IMG/VR virus record: IMGVR_UViG_3300045988_016629
Location: 1 to 40,797 of that record
Source of the DNA: a virus
Reading direction: 5' to 3' (one strand)
DNA length: 40,797 nucleotides
This document shows positions 32,312 through 40,797 of this stretch, piece by piece. Position numbers and translations under genes: made by a program. How positions within the stretch are numbered: the stretch's first letter is position 1; every line of letters starts with the position of its first letter. The notes under the pieces were generated by a model, which was given only the letters and a program-made list of their open reading frames with translations, was not told the origin of the DNA and searched no databases.

Positions 32312-32683
32312 TTAAATTAATTTATCAAGAGCAACAAAAAAGACCGCCGTGAGTTGTAAAGTATCGGGGTCTATGCTATGTTCTCTCATATCTATTATTG
32401 AATAGTGTTCAGATGTTAGGAATTTTAGCAATTCCGTTTCAAAGGCTTCAATATCAAAATCAATATCAGCCTTGTAGAAAATCTGTATCTCTACTCTTTC
32501 TGTTTTGCCGAAAAAGGTATTATTACCACTCAAATCAATGGATGGATTGCTTTCAGTGAGCAGCACGATTGTCTTATCGGTATTTTCTTCGAGTTCTCTA
32601 GGCAAGTTGTTTGCATATACTTCGTTTATTTCACCAAATCCTTTGCCATCAATCAACTCTTTTAGTTTTACGGTTGCTAACAC
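32312..32683 (-). CDS. Tail-completion/terminator-position protein (123 aa)
   Basis: Synteny with HK97-type head-tail joining cassettes. Confidence 0.55.
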   Translation of the reverse strand: MLATVKLKELIDGKGFGEINEVYANNLPRELEENTDKTIVLLTESNPSIDLSGNNTFFGKTERVEIQIFYKADIDFDIEAFETELLKFLTSEHYSIIDMREHSIDPDTLQLTAVFFVALDKLI

Positions 32684-32687
32684 TTAA

Positions 32688-33050
32688 TCACATCCCTCCT
32701 TTTCTTCTAATGAGTTTTTCGTATTCCTCTTTTTCTACCAATAACACTTTCTTTTGAACAGTGCTATCGTTTTGGACATTGGTAACGAAATGATCAGCAC
32801 GATATTTTTTTGTGCCATCATTCAAACGTCTAGCATTCTGGGCGTGGTAGTTATTTTTCCAGCCTACTGTCGACACACCATTTTTTCTTCCATCGGCATT
32901 CGTGGATTGGATAGCTAAACCGTCTGCCATGTGTCCAAACTTCGGATTTTTCTTTCTTGAATAGTGTTTTTCACGAGTTACTTCTTCTAACTCTTTTTTA
33001 AAAACCTTTGCGCCAGCATTTGTGATTTTAACTTGTTCCGCTGGCGTCAA
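32688..33050 (-). CDS. HK97 gp10-like head-tail adaptor; annotated TTG start is doubtful (see findings)
   Basis: The ORF track starts at a TTG with no RBS. The frame stays open upstream to 33116 and encodes a plausible N-terminus (GLDEALDEWLKTVASIGN) with no start codon. Confidence 0.6.
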   Translation of the reverse strand: MTPAEQVKITNAGAKVFKKELEEVTREKHYSRKKNPKFGHMADGLAIQSTNADGRKNGVSTVGWKNNYHAQNARRLNDGTKKYRADHFVTNVQNDSTVQKKVLLVEKEEYEKLIRRKGGM

Positions 33051-33116
33051 ATTGCCAATGCTAGCTACTGTTTTAAGCCATTCATCTAGCGCTTCGTCAA
33101 GTCCTACCGTAAGCCA

Positions 33117-33467
33117 TCACCCGACTTTCTTTCTCTTTCTCAAAGTTAGGAAGTCGTAGCGATTAATCCCAAAGTTTTCGTTTGAGCTAGCACGAATAAT
33201 ATCATATTGAGTTCCATTTAAAACGACAACTTGACCTTCAATCACTTTTGAGTTATGACGAATAACAATAACCCTTGTATCATCTTCGCCATTCTGTTGA
33301 GCTAGGTACTCTTGATTGAGTGTGCGTATGTGTGGTTTGTAATGCAATGTAAACTGTTTAACAAATTTTGGTACGCTCACACCAGTGAATTTATTGGGTG
33401 TACTTTGATATGTGCCAAAATCAGCTTTATATCTGAAATCAGAGGGTAAATATTTAACTTTACGCAT
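33117..33467 (-). CDS. Head-closure protein (116 aa)
   Basis: Synteny and size. It overlaps the preceding connector gene by 8 nt. Confidence 0.6.
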   Translation of the reverse strand: MRKVKYLPSDFRYKADFGTYQSTPNKFTGVSVPKFVKQFTLHYKPHIRTLNQEYLAQQNGEDDTRVIVIRHNSKVIEGQVVVLNGTQYDIIRASSNENFGINRYDFLTLRKRKKVG

Positions 33468-33780
33468 TATTCACTCCTCCATCACTATACGTTGCATACA
33501 ATCCTCTTAATTGTCCAATTATGCTATTCAAAGTAAGATTGATAGGATAAGTTAGCGTTTCGTTTAAAGCAACTCTATAAGTAAAATATGTACTTGTTAG
33601 AGCTATTACTGCTGTATCAAATAGATATTTTACATTTTCAAGTTCATAGAATTTTGGGTCACTACCTACAGCATTGATAATATACTGTTGAGCTGATTCA
33701 ATATAAGCTGGAATGAGTGCAGTGTCGTCTGTCTCATCCAGATTGAGGGTCTGCATGATAATTTCCTTTGATACACTCAT
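33460..33780 (-). CDS. Head-tail connector (gp6-like, 106 aa)
   Basis: Synteny immediately after the capsid gene. N-terminus LNLDETDDTALIPAYIESAQQYI is typical of gp6-like adaptors. Confidence 0.65.
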   Translation of the reverse strand: MSVSKEIIMQTLNLDETDDTALIPAYIESAQQYIINAVGSDPKFYELENVKYLFDTAVIALTSTYFTYRVALNETLTYPINLTLNSIIGQLRGLYATYSDGGVNNA

Positions 33781-33792
33781 AGCTTACCTCCA

Positions 33793-34986
33793 TTAAGCTC
33801 CAGCAGTTGAAAGATTTGCTTTTTGATCAGCAATTGCTTTGAATGACGCTGGCACAAACGCTTCTGTGTCAGTTGATACAACATCAAAGCGGTCAATAAC
33901 ACGTACTTTAGTAGTATCTGTTTCAAATGCTCCACCACCAATATTAGTAGATAGAAGTAACAAGTGTTGACGGTCAAACAATGTTACTGCTTGTTTCAAG
34001 TCGCCAAAGTAAAGCGGCATTGCTCCACCAGTACCATTAGGAAGGAAACGGTCAGAAATTTCTTTAACTACAAAACCATCGATTGAGTAACCTGTTGGTG
34101 ATTTTACATCACGTTCCATCAAATAGTCACCCATTGCATTCTTAACTTTCTTAAGTGCAGTAAATCCAGAAGTATTAGTCAAGAACAATGAAGTTTGTTT
34201 AATAGCTGGGTCAACTTTAGCTTGAAGGTCGATGATATCATCCCATTTAGCCAATGTTGGTTTATTTGGAAGTGTACCGATAGCCTCCAAGATAGCTTTG
34301 TTACGAGTTACAACAACTTTTTTAGCAATCCAACCAGACAACCATGCAAGGATGTTTTCAGCAGAATCAGCAAGCAAGCTGTTAGTTACTGTTGAGATAC
34401 CAGCATAGCGTTTGATAGCATATCGGATAAGAGAAAGTTTTGGATCATCGTTTTGACCAATTTGTCCGCCTTCGTCATCGAGTTTAGCAAGACCAGTAAT
34501 ATCAGCCCATTTTTCATAAACACGTGAACCAGTAAGTGTAGTTACGTTTTCAACATTAACATATTCTTGCAATGAATCAAATTGACGGACCAATGTATTA
34601 ATAGCTGTTCGAATATCTTGAGGGATAGTCAAGCCAGCATCTGAGCCAGAACCGTCTGTTTTAGAATCAAGCAAGTTTTGGTAGCGTCCACGAACAAGAT
34701 TTTTAAAATCTTTAACAAAGTTAGCTTTAACTTCTTCTTCATTCTTAGTCAAAGGTTTTTTCTCTTCTTCAGACATATTTGCTACTTCGTTAGCACGAGC
34801 TTCAGTATATTGTTCTTTGAACAAGTCACGTTTCATTTTAGCAGTGTCACGTTCATTCTTGATTGCTTGCAATTCTTCAGCACTTACTGAATCGTCAAGC
34901 ATAGCTACATTAAGTTTTTCATTCAAGTTTTCGACCTTATCACCTTGTGCAATCCATAGGTCATGCAATTCATTTGATGTTTTCAT
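33793..34986 (-). CDS. Major capsid protein, HK97 fold (397 aa, N-terminal delta domain)
   Basis: Follows the ClpP-type protease. It has a coiled-coil N-terminal ~100 aa followed by a capsid body. Confidence 0.9.
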   Translation of the reverse strand: MKTSNELHDLWIAQGDKVENLNEKLNVAMLDDSVSAEELQAIKNERDTAKMKRDLFKEQYTEARANEVANMSEEEKKPLTKNEEEVKANFVKDFKNLVRGRYQNLLDSKTDGSGSDAGLTIPQDIRTAINTLVRQFDSLQEYVNVENVTTLTGSRVYEKWADITGLAKLDDEGGQIGQNDDPKLSLIRYAIKRYAGISTVTNSLLADSAENILAWLSGWIAKKVVVTRNKAILEAIGTLPNKPTLAKWDDIIDLQAKVDPAIKQTSLFLTNTSGFTALKKVKNAMGDYLMERDVKSPTGYSIDGFVVKEISDRFLPNGTGGAMPLYFGDLKQAVTLFDRQHLLLLSTNIGGGAFETDTTKVRVIDRFDVVSTDTEAFVPASFKAIADQKANLSTAGA

Positions 34987-35000
34987 TTATCATCTTCCTT

Positions 35001-35666
35001 TCATTTTTCAAGTAAAATTTTCAATTTTTGCTCACGCAAAGCATTAGTTTTAGGTGTAGCAATCATATTCTTAAACTTATTGATTGCTGTTTTGCTTGGC
35101 ATTTGATGAACGGAATTAGTAACCATGATTTCTTCGTCATTACCAAAGAACATGATTTCATCCGCAAATCCTTTATCAACGGCAGTTTTAGCATTAAGCC
35201 ATGTCTCTTTAGCCATGAGGTCAAGTAATTCTGTCTGTTTAAGACCTGTTTTCATTTCATAAGCTAATGCAATAGACTCATCAATGCTATTCAATACTAC
35301 TGATTGATGTTCCATGTCATCGCTATTGCCAACTAAACCGCTAGACGCTTTATGAATCATCATATGGGCTGTTGGACTGATACGTACTGTGTCAGCAGCC
35401 ATTGAAATGACACTTGCAGCACTAGCAGCAAGACCTTGTACATTGGCAACAATACGCTTGCCACACGACTTAAGCATTGTGTAGATTTCGCTTGCTGCAA
35501 AAACATCGCCACCGTTAGAAGCAATGTTAAGTGTGATTTCTTCGCCTTCATCGTTAGCGATAGCATCTTGTACCATTTTAGGATAGGTACTGGTCATTCC
35601 GTAGAAATCATAGAAGTCCTTATCATCATTGCTTACTATATAGCCTTTGATATCAATATTGCTCAT
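35001..35666 (-). CDS. ClpP-family head maturation protease (221 aa)
   Basis: NIASNGGDVFAASEIY ... AASAASVISMAAD ... MMIHKAS (Ser/His). I place the start at 35664-35666 behind AAGGAGGTG. The long ORF starts at 35675. Confidence 0.85.
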   Translation of the reverse strand: MSNIDIKGYIVSNDDKDFYDFYGMTSTYPKMVQDAIANDEGEEITLNIASNGGDVFAASEIYTMLKSCGKRIVANVQGLAASAASVISMAADTVRISPTAHMMIHKASSGLVGNSDDMEHQSVVLNSIDESIALAYEMKTGLKQTELLDLMAKETWLNAKTAVDKGFADEIMFFGNDEEIMVTNSVHQMPSKTAINKFKNMIATPKTNALREQKLKILLEK

Positions 35667-36807
35667 TTGTCTCACCTCCTTTCAATGTGGAGTCGGTTTC
35701 ACCCTCTGGCAAATCTTTAGGTAGAATTTCAGCTTGTTGCAAAACATACAAACCTTGATTCTGTGCTAGTGTGCCAGTCTTAACCATGCTATTGATTAAA
35801 CCGATATAATTAGAGCCAGTTGGATCAACCGCTGGTAAAATATCAGCATCCACTTCGCATGAAAGTTTTTTAGACAACTCACTAACAAACGGTCTTAAAA
35901 AACGTGATACTGCTTTAAAGTAGATGTTGTAAATCATTTCAAGAGAAGATTGTTGGTCACCTTCTCCACCAACAACACTTTCTGGGATACCGTAGACTTT
36001 AGCAAATTGTCCAGTAGTCCAATCAGCTTGACTAAGTAGCTGAGCCACATTTGATTTGATTTCAAGAGGGGTGAAGTCCTCTAAATCATCAAGAACCAAT
36101 GGACCGCCTTGCATTTGTTTCATAGCTTGCCGTGAACGTGATTGCTTAGTTTTGAAGTCTAGTAAACCACCGCCTTTTATTTTCAAAATACCATTTGCGT
36201 TTAGGGCATTTTTAAGCGCATTAAGCGTCAACTTATCGCTGGCTTTCTGGATGTTTAGCTCTCTACCAAGAGCCATCAAAGGACTTACACTTGTCAAACC
36301 ACCATCCACGGATAGCAATCTAAAGTGTAATATGTCGCCTTGCGGAACGTGTTGTTTTGGTGGAATGCGTGGGTCGTCAAAAGTGATGTTGTAGTAAAGT
36401 CCGTTTTGATTATCCAATCGATTAAACGAAACTTGTGATGGTCTTAAATACTCCCACTTCATATCACGCCCGTTTTCATTTCGCCATCTGTAGGCAAAGG
36501 CTTCACCACCCAATAGCATTTGAGCAAAGATAGACTGATAGAAATTAAATCGGTTAGCGTTATTTGACGGATTATCCACGATACCCTGTAGCTGTTTTCG
36601 ACTAGTCGTTATCTTAGCAGTAGCTAGGTCATTAGATAGCTGACTAATAATAGAGAATAAATCAGAGTTTTTAAGAGCAGTTTCTGCTGATACCCATTCA
36701 CTACCATTCAAGGCGTCTAAAAACTCTGGATCAGTGATATCAAAAAAACTATCTTGGTTACTAGGTGGACTCTCTGTTGCGAGATTAGTTATATTAAATA
36801 TTGGCAT
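35653..36807 (-). CDS. Portal protein (HK97 family, 384 aa)
   Basis: Position between terminase and protease, and size. Confidence 0.85.
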   Translation of the reverse strand: MPIFNITNLATESPPSNQDSFFDITDPEFLDALNGSEWVSAETALKNSDLFSIISQLSNDLATAKITTSRKQLQGIVDNPSNNANRFNFYQSIFAQMLLGGEAFAYRWRNENGRDMKWEYLRPSQVSFNRLDNQNGLYYNITFDDPRIPPKQHVPQGDILHFRLLSVDGGLTSVSPLMALGRELNIQKASDKLTLNALKNALNANGILKIKGGGLLDFKTKQSRSRQAMKQMQGGPLVLDDLEDFTPLEIKSNVAQLLSQADWTTGQFAKVYGIPESVVGGEGDQQSSLEMIYNIYFKAVSRFLRPFVSELSKKLSCEVDADILPAVDPTGSNYIGLINSMVKTGTLAQNQGLYVLQQAEILPKDLPEGETDSTLKGGETNEQY

Positions 36808-36824
36808 TTTTTATCACCTCCTTT

Positions 36825-37004
36825 CTAGCCATTTTTTGAGGCTAGTTCACTAACTAGCCCTGCTAATACGAATGTGATAGTCATGCTAATACCAAACCAC
36901 ACGTAACCAATATTGTAAGTTGTTAAATTAATCGAAATTGCAGCTAAAATGAACATTAAAATGTCAAAAATAGCCCAAATTGTCTTAAAAAACTTTAAAA
37001 TCAT
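36825..37004 (-). CDS. Small membrane protein (59 aa, below the ORF-track cutoff)
   Basis: Hand translation gives MILKFFKTIWAIFDILMFILAAISINLTTYNIGYVWFGISMTITFVLAGLVSELASKNG, with two TM helices. It fills the terL-portal gap exactly. Confidence 0.55.
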   Translation of the reverse strand: MILKFFKTIWAIFDILMFILAAISINLTTYNIGYVWFGISMTITFVLAGLVSELASKNG

Positions 37005-37007
37005 ATA

Positions 37008-38879
37008 TTAATACTCCTCTAGCAAGCCACTTTCAGGGTTTTTAAGCCACTCTAATACAGCTTCTTGACTCATGTGCTCTACTTTCCATGTCGGATTGTT
37101 GGTAATAGCATAGTCCTCAAACGCATACATGCCATCGTAAAAAGCATCAATAAGAGCATCCACCACGTCAATCTTGTAGGTGGATTTCATTTTGTCTACT
37201 TGGATACCAATGTTGTCCTCTTTAATAACTGCATTTATTAAGGCTTTCCGCATGATTTCATCATCACGACGTGTGATATTGCCCTCAATAAATAGTGTTT
37301 GAAGGAATTTTGTAGGATCTTTTAGCTCACTTGTCCGTTGTCTGATTGGCATGAGTGGAAAACTTGTATTAGATTCCAATGCTTTGATAATTTTATTAAC
37401 CATCATGGCATCATAACCAAAAAAGACAACGTCAAGTGAGTTGTCTTCAACATAATCTATAAACCAGCGATACACTTCTTCTGGGTTGATAAGTCCTTGT
37501 GGGTGGCTTGTAATTGTACAAAATCCCTTGGTTTCTAAATCTCGGTAGTTGATACCGTCCTGTTCAATTTTGGCTTCTATTGACCCTGCCTGTTGCCACG
37601 GGATGAAACTGTGTTGTTCAATATGCCATTTTTGGCTACCGTCTTCACCAACGTAGGGATATACGAAACCAAGAGCTGTGTTATCGCTAAACATCGAAGC
37701 ATCTAGTCCGACATATACACGCTTACCTTTTATGTCAAAGTCATCAATGACTGCATTTTCTATGTCTTTTAGGTCAAGAAAGCTATTACTATCAGCAAGT
37801 AGCCAGCAGTTCATATTCTTGACTTGGAAGTCGGAAAGGTTTCCACTTAAAAGGTCGCTATCCCTTTTATCCATCAACCCTTTCATGAGATTATCACGCT
37901 CTTGTTCTAAATCTAAAAGCGGATTACTTTTCATCCATGTTTCTGGTTGAAATACCTCTTCAAGGTTATCCTGTGACCACACTAAACAAAGATATGTATC
38001 AGCTTCCCTATTGTCATCATCTTCCATCGCTTGTTGCATAATCATTTGGTCTTCCCTAAATGGAACAGACGGATTTGGGTAAGCTGTAGAAATTTGGATG
38101 AATTGTCTGTTTGGGACTTTTACCTGTCCAGAAACGATTTTAGATACGGCATTCCTTGTTTCTATTTCTCCGATTTCGTCAAAAATAGCGGTTGTAAAGT
38201 GAAAACTATCATATTGCCCACTTTCAGCAGATATTGCCCTTAAAATGTTGTTGTTAGCCTTCATGATGACTTGGTCGCTATGCAGACCTAACTCAGTTTC
38301 ATTAGCTAAACTCTTGAAAGGCTCTTTTTGGATTATCTGCTTCATCATTGATTTGATGTACCCAAGCAACTTGTTTGTTTGCTTGAAGTTGATAGATGTT
38401 ACCAGATAATCTTGGTTTGATAATCCGAAACTTTCAATAAAGTATGAATACGCCGTAAGAATAGCCATCAAATACGTTTTACCTTGACCACGACCAACCG
38501 AAACAATAGCACGACTAAAGCGTTTACCACCGTTAGCATTTCTCCATCCGAAAAGCATACAAAGAATGAATTTCTGCCACGGCATCAGTTGTGTAGGTTC
38601 TCCAGTGTCTACGTTTGGGCATATTCTAGCAAAACGCAATAGCTTGTCCGCTTCTGCCGTATCATAGGTATAAGGAAAGTCGTCGTTACCTTGTCTTTGT
38701 AAGTCTCTTAAATGGCGGAAACAGGCTAGTTTAATCATGTAACCAGTGACTATTCGACCCTCTAAAGCATCAAAGCAATATTTTGTACCATCATCTTGGT
38801 ATTTTTGAGCAACATCTGAAAAATCAAATTCTTTATATGCTGCATCTATATCATGAGTTTTTATCAGATTTGTTTTCAC
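37008..38879 (-). CDS. terL: Terminase large subunit (623 aa)
   Basis: Walker A-like VSVGRGQGKTY, a Walker B/ATPase coupling region FTTAIFDEIGE, and a C-terminal nuclease domain. Follows terS. Confidence 0.9.
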   Translation of the reverse strand: MKTNLIKTHDIDAAYKEFDFSDVAQKYQDDGTKYCFDALEGRIVTGYMIKLACFRHLRDLQRQGNDDFPYTYDTAEADKLLRFARICPNVDTGEPTQLMPWQKFILCMLFGWRNANGGKRFSRAIVSVGRGQGKTYLMAILTAYSYFIESFGLSNQDYLVTSINFKQTNKLLGYIKSMMKQIIQKEPFKSLANETELGLHSDQVIMKANNNILRAISAESGQYDSFHFTTAIFDEIGEIETRNAVSKIVSGQVKVPNRQFIQISTAYPNPSVPFREDQMIMQQAMEDDDNREADTYLCLVWSQDNLEEVFQPETWMKSNPLLDLEQERDNLMKGLMDKRDSDLLSGNLSDFQVKNMNCWLLADSNSFLDLKDIENAVIDDFDIKGKRVYVGLDASMFSDNTALGFVYPYVGEDGSQKWHIEQHSFIPWQQAGSIEAKIEQDGINYRDLETKGFCTITSHPQGLINPEEVYRWFIDYVEDNSLDVVFFGYDAMMVNKIIKALESNTSFPLMPIRQRTSELKDPTKFLQTLFIEGNITRRDDEIMRKALINAVIKEDNIGIQVDKMKSTYKIDVVDALIDAFYDGMYAFEDYAITNNPTWKVEHMSQEAVLEWLKNPESGLLEEY

Positions 38880-38900
38880 TGTTGCTCCTTTCCAATTTTA

Positions 38901-39359
38901 TTAACCCAAAAATTCTTTCATCATATCTCCTAGAGACTTATTATCATTTTGATTCCCAGCTATTTCAGCTAATTCTGCTCTTCCTTTAGGTGTCAAACCT
39001 AACTGAATACCTATCTTGTTAAGCGTTTCTGTGGCATCTTTCATAGTTGCTACCGCTGGATTTTTTTTAAAGCCCATTGATTGCTCACCAAGGATTTCAC
39101 CGCTACCTTGCGCTTGGACAATCTTCATTATTTCAGTTTGAATGCCATTTTCTTTGATGTCTTCATAGGCTGTCTTGTATAGTTCATAGTTAGTACAGTA
39201 TGTTTCAACTAGGAATGTATCAATTCGTTCCACCTTTTCAGTAGCTTCTAAAAACGGAACGATTTTGCGCCATGTTTCTCTAGCTACATTACCTAAATAG
39301 TTCGGAGGGTCGCTTGGTAACCGCCCCGAATTCTGCTTGAAGTATGGATTCTTAACCAC
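38901..39359 (-). CDS. terS: Terminase small subunit (P27 family, 152 aa)
   Basis: The size, the position between HNH/cos and terL, and the P27-type sequence character all fit. Confidence 0.8.
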   Translation of the reverse strand: MVKNPYFKQNSGRLPSDPPNYLGNVARETWRKIVPFLEATEKVERIDTFLVETYCTNYELYKTAYEDIKENGIQTEIMKIVQAQGSGEILGEQSMGFKKNPAVATMKDATETLNKIGIQLGLTPKGRAELAEIAGNQNDNKSLGDMMKEFLG

Positions 39360-39548
39360 TCATCATTACTCCTCTCCGTTTGGTATAGACACCCTTTAAA
39401 AATCCTCAAAAGTTGCGTGCGACAAGAGAAGACACCTTGTGGCGGCTCCCCTATTTTAGATTATAGGGGCGGGGGTAGTTTTAAAATTTGGCACGGGGAA
39501 AAATACTACAAACGTTCTAAAGGCTTGCTATGGTCTTTTTAGAGGTGT
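39360..39548. other. Candidate cos region
   Basis: Noncoding region between HNH and terS. It holds a locally GC-rich block ggcggctcccctattttagattataggggcgggggtag (about 39441-39478) with the inverted repeat CCCCTAT/ATAGGGG, plus flanking bent/A-tract sequence. Confidence 0.5.
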
Positions 39549-40076
39549 TTAACGACGTCTCTCTTTTTTGTGGGCTATTAAACCTGCCCATGATGAAACG
39601 GAAAGTCGTAGATCGGTATTCTGTTTAATTCTATTTTGACCAGTCCCGTATATTTCTTGCTCTAGTGTACGCTTGGTATTATCACAGCTTCGACACGTTG
39701 CTACTACGTTATTTATATCGGTCTTAATCTCAGGCGCTATTTCTACGGGTGTAACGTGGTCGCCAATGCGAGCATCAGGTGTGACTGTACCCAAAGCCAA
39801 ACAGTATTGACACAGATAGCTATCACGTTCTAAAGCTATCTTACGAATAGACGACCATGTCTTAGAACGATAGAATGCATACCTTTCCTTGCTTTCATCA
39901 TCTCTATTTCTTACTCGCTTATTGTATCTAGTTCGTGAGTATCTTTGTCTATCTTCTATGTATGCTGCTTCCATGCTATGATGTGTAGAGCAAAAGTGCA
40001 ATGGTCTCTCTACTAATACACGGCATCCATCTGCCTTACAACGTCTTACCATTGGCATTGGCATACCTTCTTTCAT
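39549..40076 (-). CDS. HNH endonuclease (packaging-associated)
   Basis: CQYCLALG...GDHVTPVE...NNVVATCRSCDNTK gives the HNH and zinc ligands. It is adjacent to cos/terS as in HK97-like cos phages. Confidence 0.85.
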   Translation of the reverse strand: MKEGMPMPMVRRCKADGCRVLVERPLHFCSTHHSMEAAYIEDRQRYSRTRYNKRVRNRDDESKERYAFYRSKTWSSIRKIALERDSYLCQYCLALGTVTPDARIGDHVTPVEIAPEIKTDINNVVATCRSCDNTKRTLEQEIYGTGQNRIKQNTDLRLSVSSWAGLIAHKKERRR

Positions 40077-40110
40077 ATAAAACTAAAAGAAGAACACTTC
40101 TGTGTCCTTC
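40077..40110 (-). terminator. Hairpin plus U-tract in the leader of the late operon (immediately upstream of the HNH gene)
   Basis: Minus strand reads GAAGGACAC-AGAA-GUGUUCUUC (9 bp including one G-U), followed by UUUUAGUUUUAU and then the HNH ATG. Confidence 0.55.
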
Positions 40111-40179
40111 TGATTTGATAATACTATATTACCATGACTGAATTATAGTGACGTATTAATTGGTATATATCACTATGAA

Positions 40180-40578
40180 TTAGTCCAGATATTTCTCAGC
40201 TCGTCTTAATTTAACATAGTATGTAGCCTTACTAATACCAAAGCGCTCGCAAATTTGCCAGATACCTATCTGATCGATGTATACCATTTGAAGTAAAGAC
40301 CTAGCATCTACATCCTCAACGTTTGCTATCTTTCTACGAAACTCTTGCTTCTGTTTGATAGCTTCTGCTGTGAAGCGTTCTAATTCTTCACGAGCCGTCA
40401 TTAATTCCACATAGATATCATCTTTGCTTTTACGTTTACCACCTTTAACCATGTCATTATGCATAGCACAAGACGTCACTTTAAGCGCTTGTGATTCCAA
40501 TCTTTTGATTTGTTCTATCTGACTGTCAATATATCTATCAAGTGCCTTGATTTTTTGAAGCCGTTCAACCGTTCTCAT
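40180..40578 (-). CDS. Late-gene transcriptional activator (sigma-70 region-4-like HTH; RinA/ArpU/DUF1492-type)
   Basis: 132 aa. The C-terminus ARSLLQMVYIDQIGIWQICERFGISKATYYVKLRRAEKYL is a region-4-type HTH. It sits directly upstream of the packaging genes. Confidence 0.7.
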   Translation of the reverse strand: MRTVERLQKIKALDRYIDSQIEQIKRLESQALKVTSCAMHNDMVKGGKRKSKDDIYVELMTAREELERFTAEAIKQKQEFRRKIANVEDVDARSLLQMVYIDQIGIWQICERFGISKATYYVKLRRAEKYLD

Positions 40579-40742
40579 AAATTGTCTTTCCTTTTTTATG
40601 GTATAATAATATTATCCGATTTTAAAACAGTTCCACGACTTCCGTCTGGGGCTTTTTTTGTATGCCACCTCCTATAGTTTAAATTCCAGTCTTGCTACCA
40701 GCAATACAAGACTAGACCAAAAAGTATGTATTGGTTTCCTCG

Positions 40743-40797
40743 TTTCTATAAAATATTTACTGGATTTGTTGTCAAGGTCTGTCAGCTTGACGTTTTG
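40743..40797. repeat. Terminal overlap copy 2 (identical to 1-55)
   Basis: Exact 55-nt match to the window start. Confidence 0.9.

Larger units (their letters stand above)
1..40797. mobile_element. Complete temperate cos-type siphophage genome (Sfi21-like, Streptococcus thermophilus group), circularly closed contig
   Basis: Full set of lysogeny, replication, packaging, head, tail and lysis modules. The two ends are identical. ORF sizes and order match my recollection of Sfi21-like phages (not verified by search). Confidence 0.85.

Noticed and set aside
40632-40660. Terminator after the structured region (CCA-c-GAC TTCC GTC-TGG)
   Set aside because: The stem is only 6 bp with a bulge. The T-run is on the plus strand, where nothing is transcribed toward it, and the minus-strand tail is only moderately U-rich. 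I left it unannotated.

Overview
The window is one complete, circularly closed genome of a temperate cos-type siphophage. Bases 1-55 are repeated exactly at 40743-40797, which looks like an assembly overlap, so the unique length is 40,742 bp. Gene order, the lysin sequence, the collagen-repeat antireceptor and the ORF sizes match my recollection of Sfi21-like phages of Streptococcus thermophilus/salivarius (152/623/59/384/221/397 ... 202/117/1560 ... 1276/670 ... 359/203/122/75/287 ... 157/233/443/151/271/506/143/106). I could not verify that match by search.

Layout, with almost everything on the minus strand:
- 212-4656: late-early accessory genes, including an orphan NPPF methyltransferase, an HTH-MazG fusion, a lipoprotein and a VRR-NUC nuclease.
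- 4657-4909: iteron and AT-rich origin of replication.
- 4910-10168: replication module (D5/P4-type primase-helicase, Prim-Pol, DUF669, DEAH helicase, AAA_24 ATPase, Sipho_Gp157).
- 10284-12042: early-left genes (Xis-like HTH, antirepressor, Cro-like).
- 12043-12228: genetic switch.
- 12229-14831, plus strand: lysogeny module (CI-like repressor, ImmA-type HEXXH protease, membrane Sie candidate, tyrosine integrase).
- About 14787-15020: attP region.
- 15021-16540: four-gene accessory operon next to attP. It contains what I recognise as AcrIIA5, followed by an HTH (Aca-like) gene.
- 16565-16845: densely structured noncoding block.
- 16923-18430: lysis cassette.
- 18445-39359: tail, head and packaging genes.
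- 39360-39548: candidate cos region.
- 39549-40076: HNH endonuclease.
- 40180-40578: late activator.

I found no rRNA, no canonical tRNA and no CRISPR array.

The signals not explained by ordinary annotation are:
1. Two homologous 31-nt tRNA acceptor/T-arm minihelix mimics with compensatory substitutions (89-119 and 190-220, minus strand), inside a roughly 375-bp noncoding region.
2. The acr locus, with two uncharacterised co-operonic small genes, a palindromic operator and an identical 26-bp cassette junction.
3. Three tandem promoter-hairpin-U-tract mini transcription units between the lysin gene and the acr operon.
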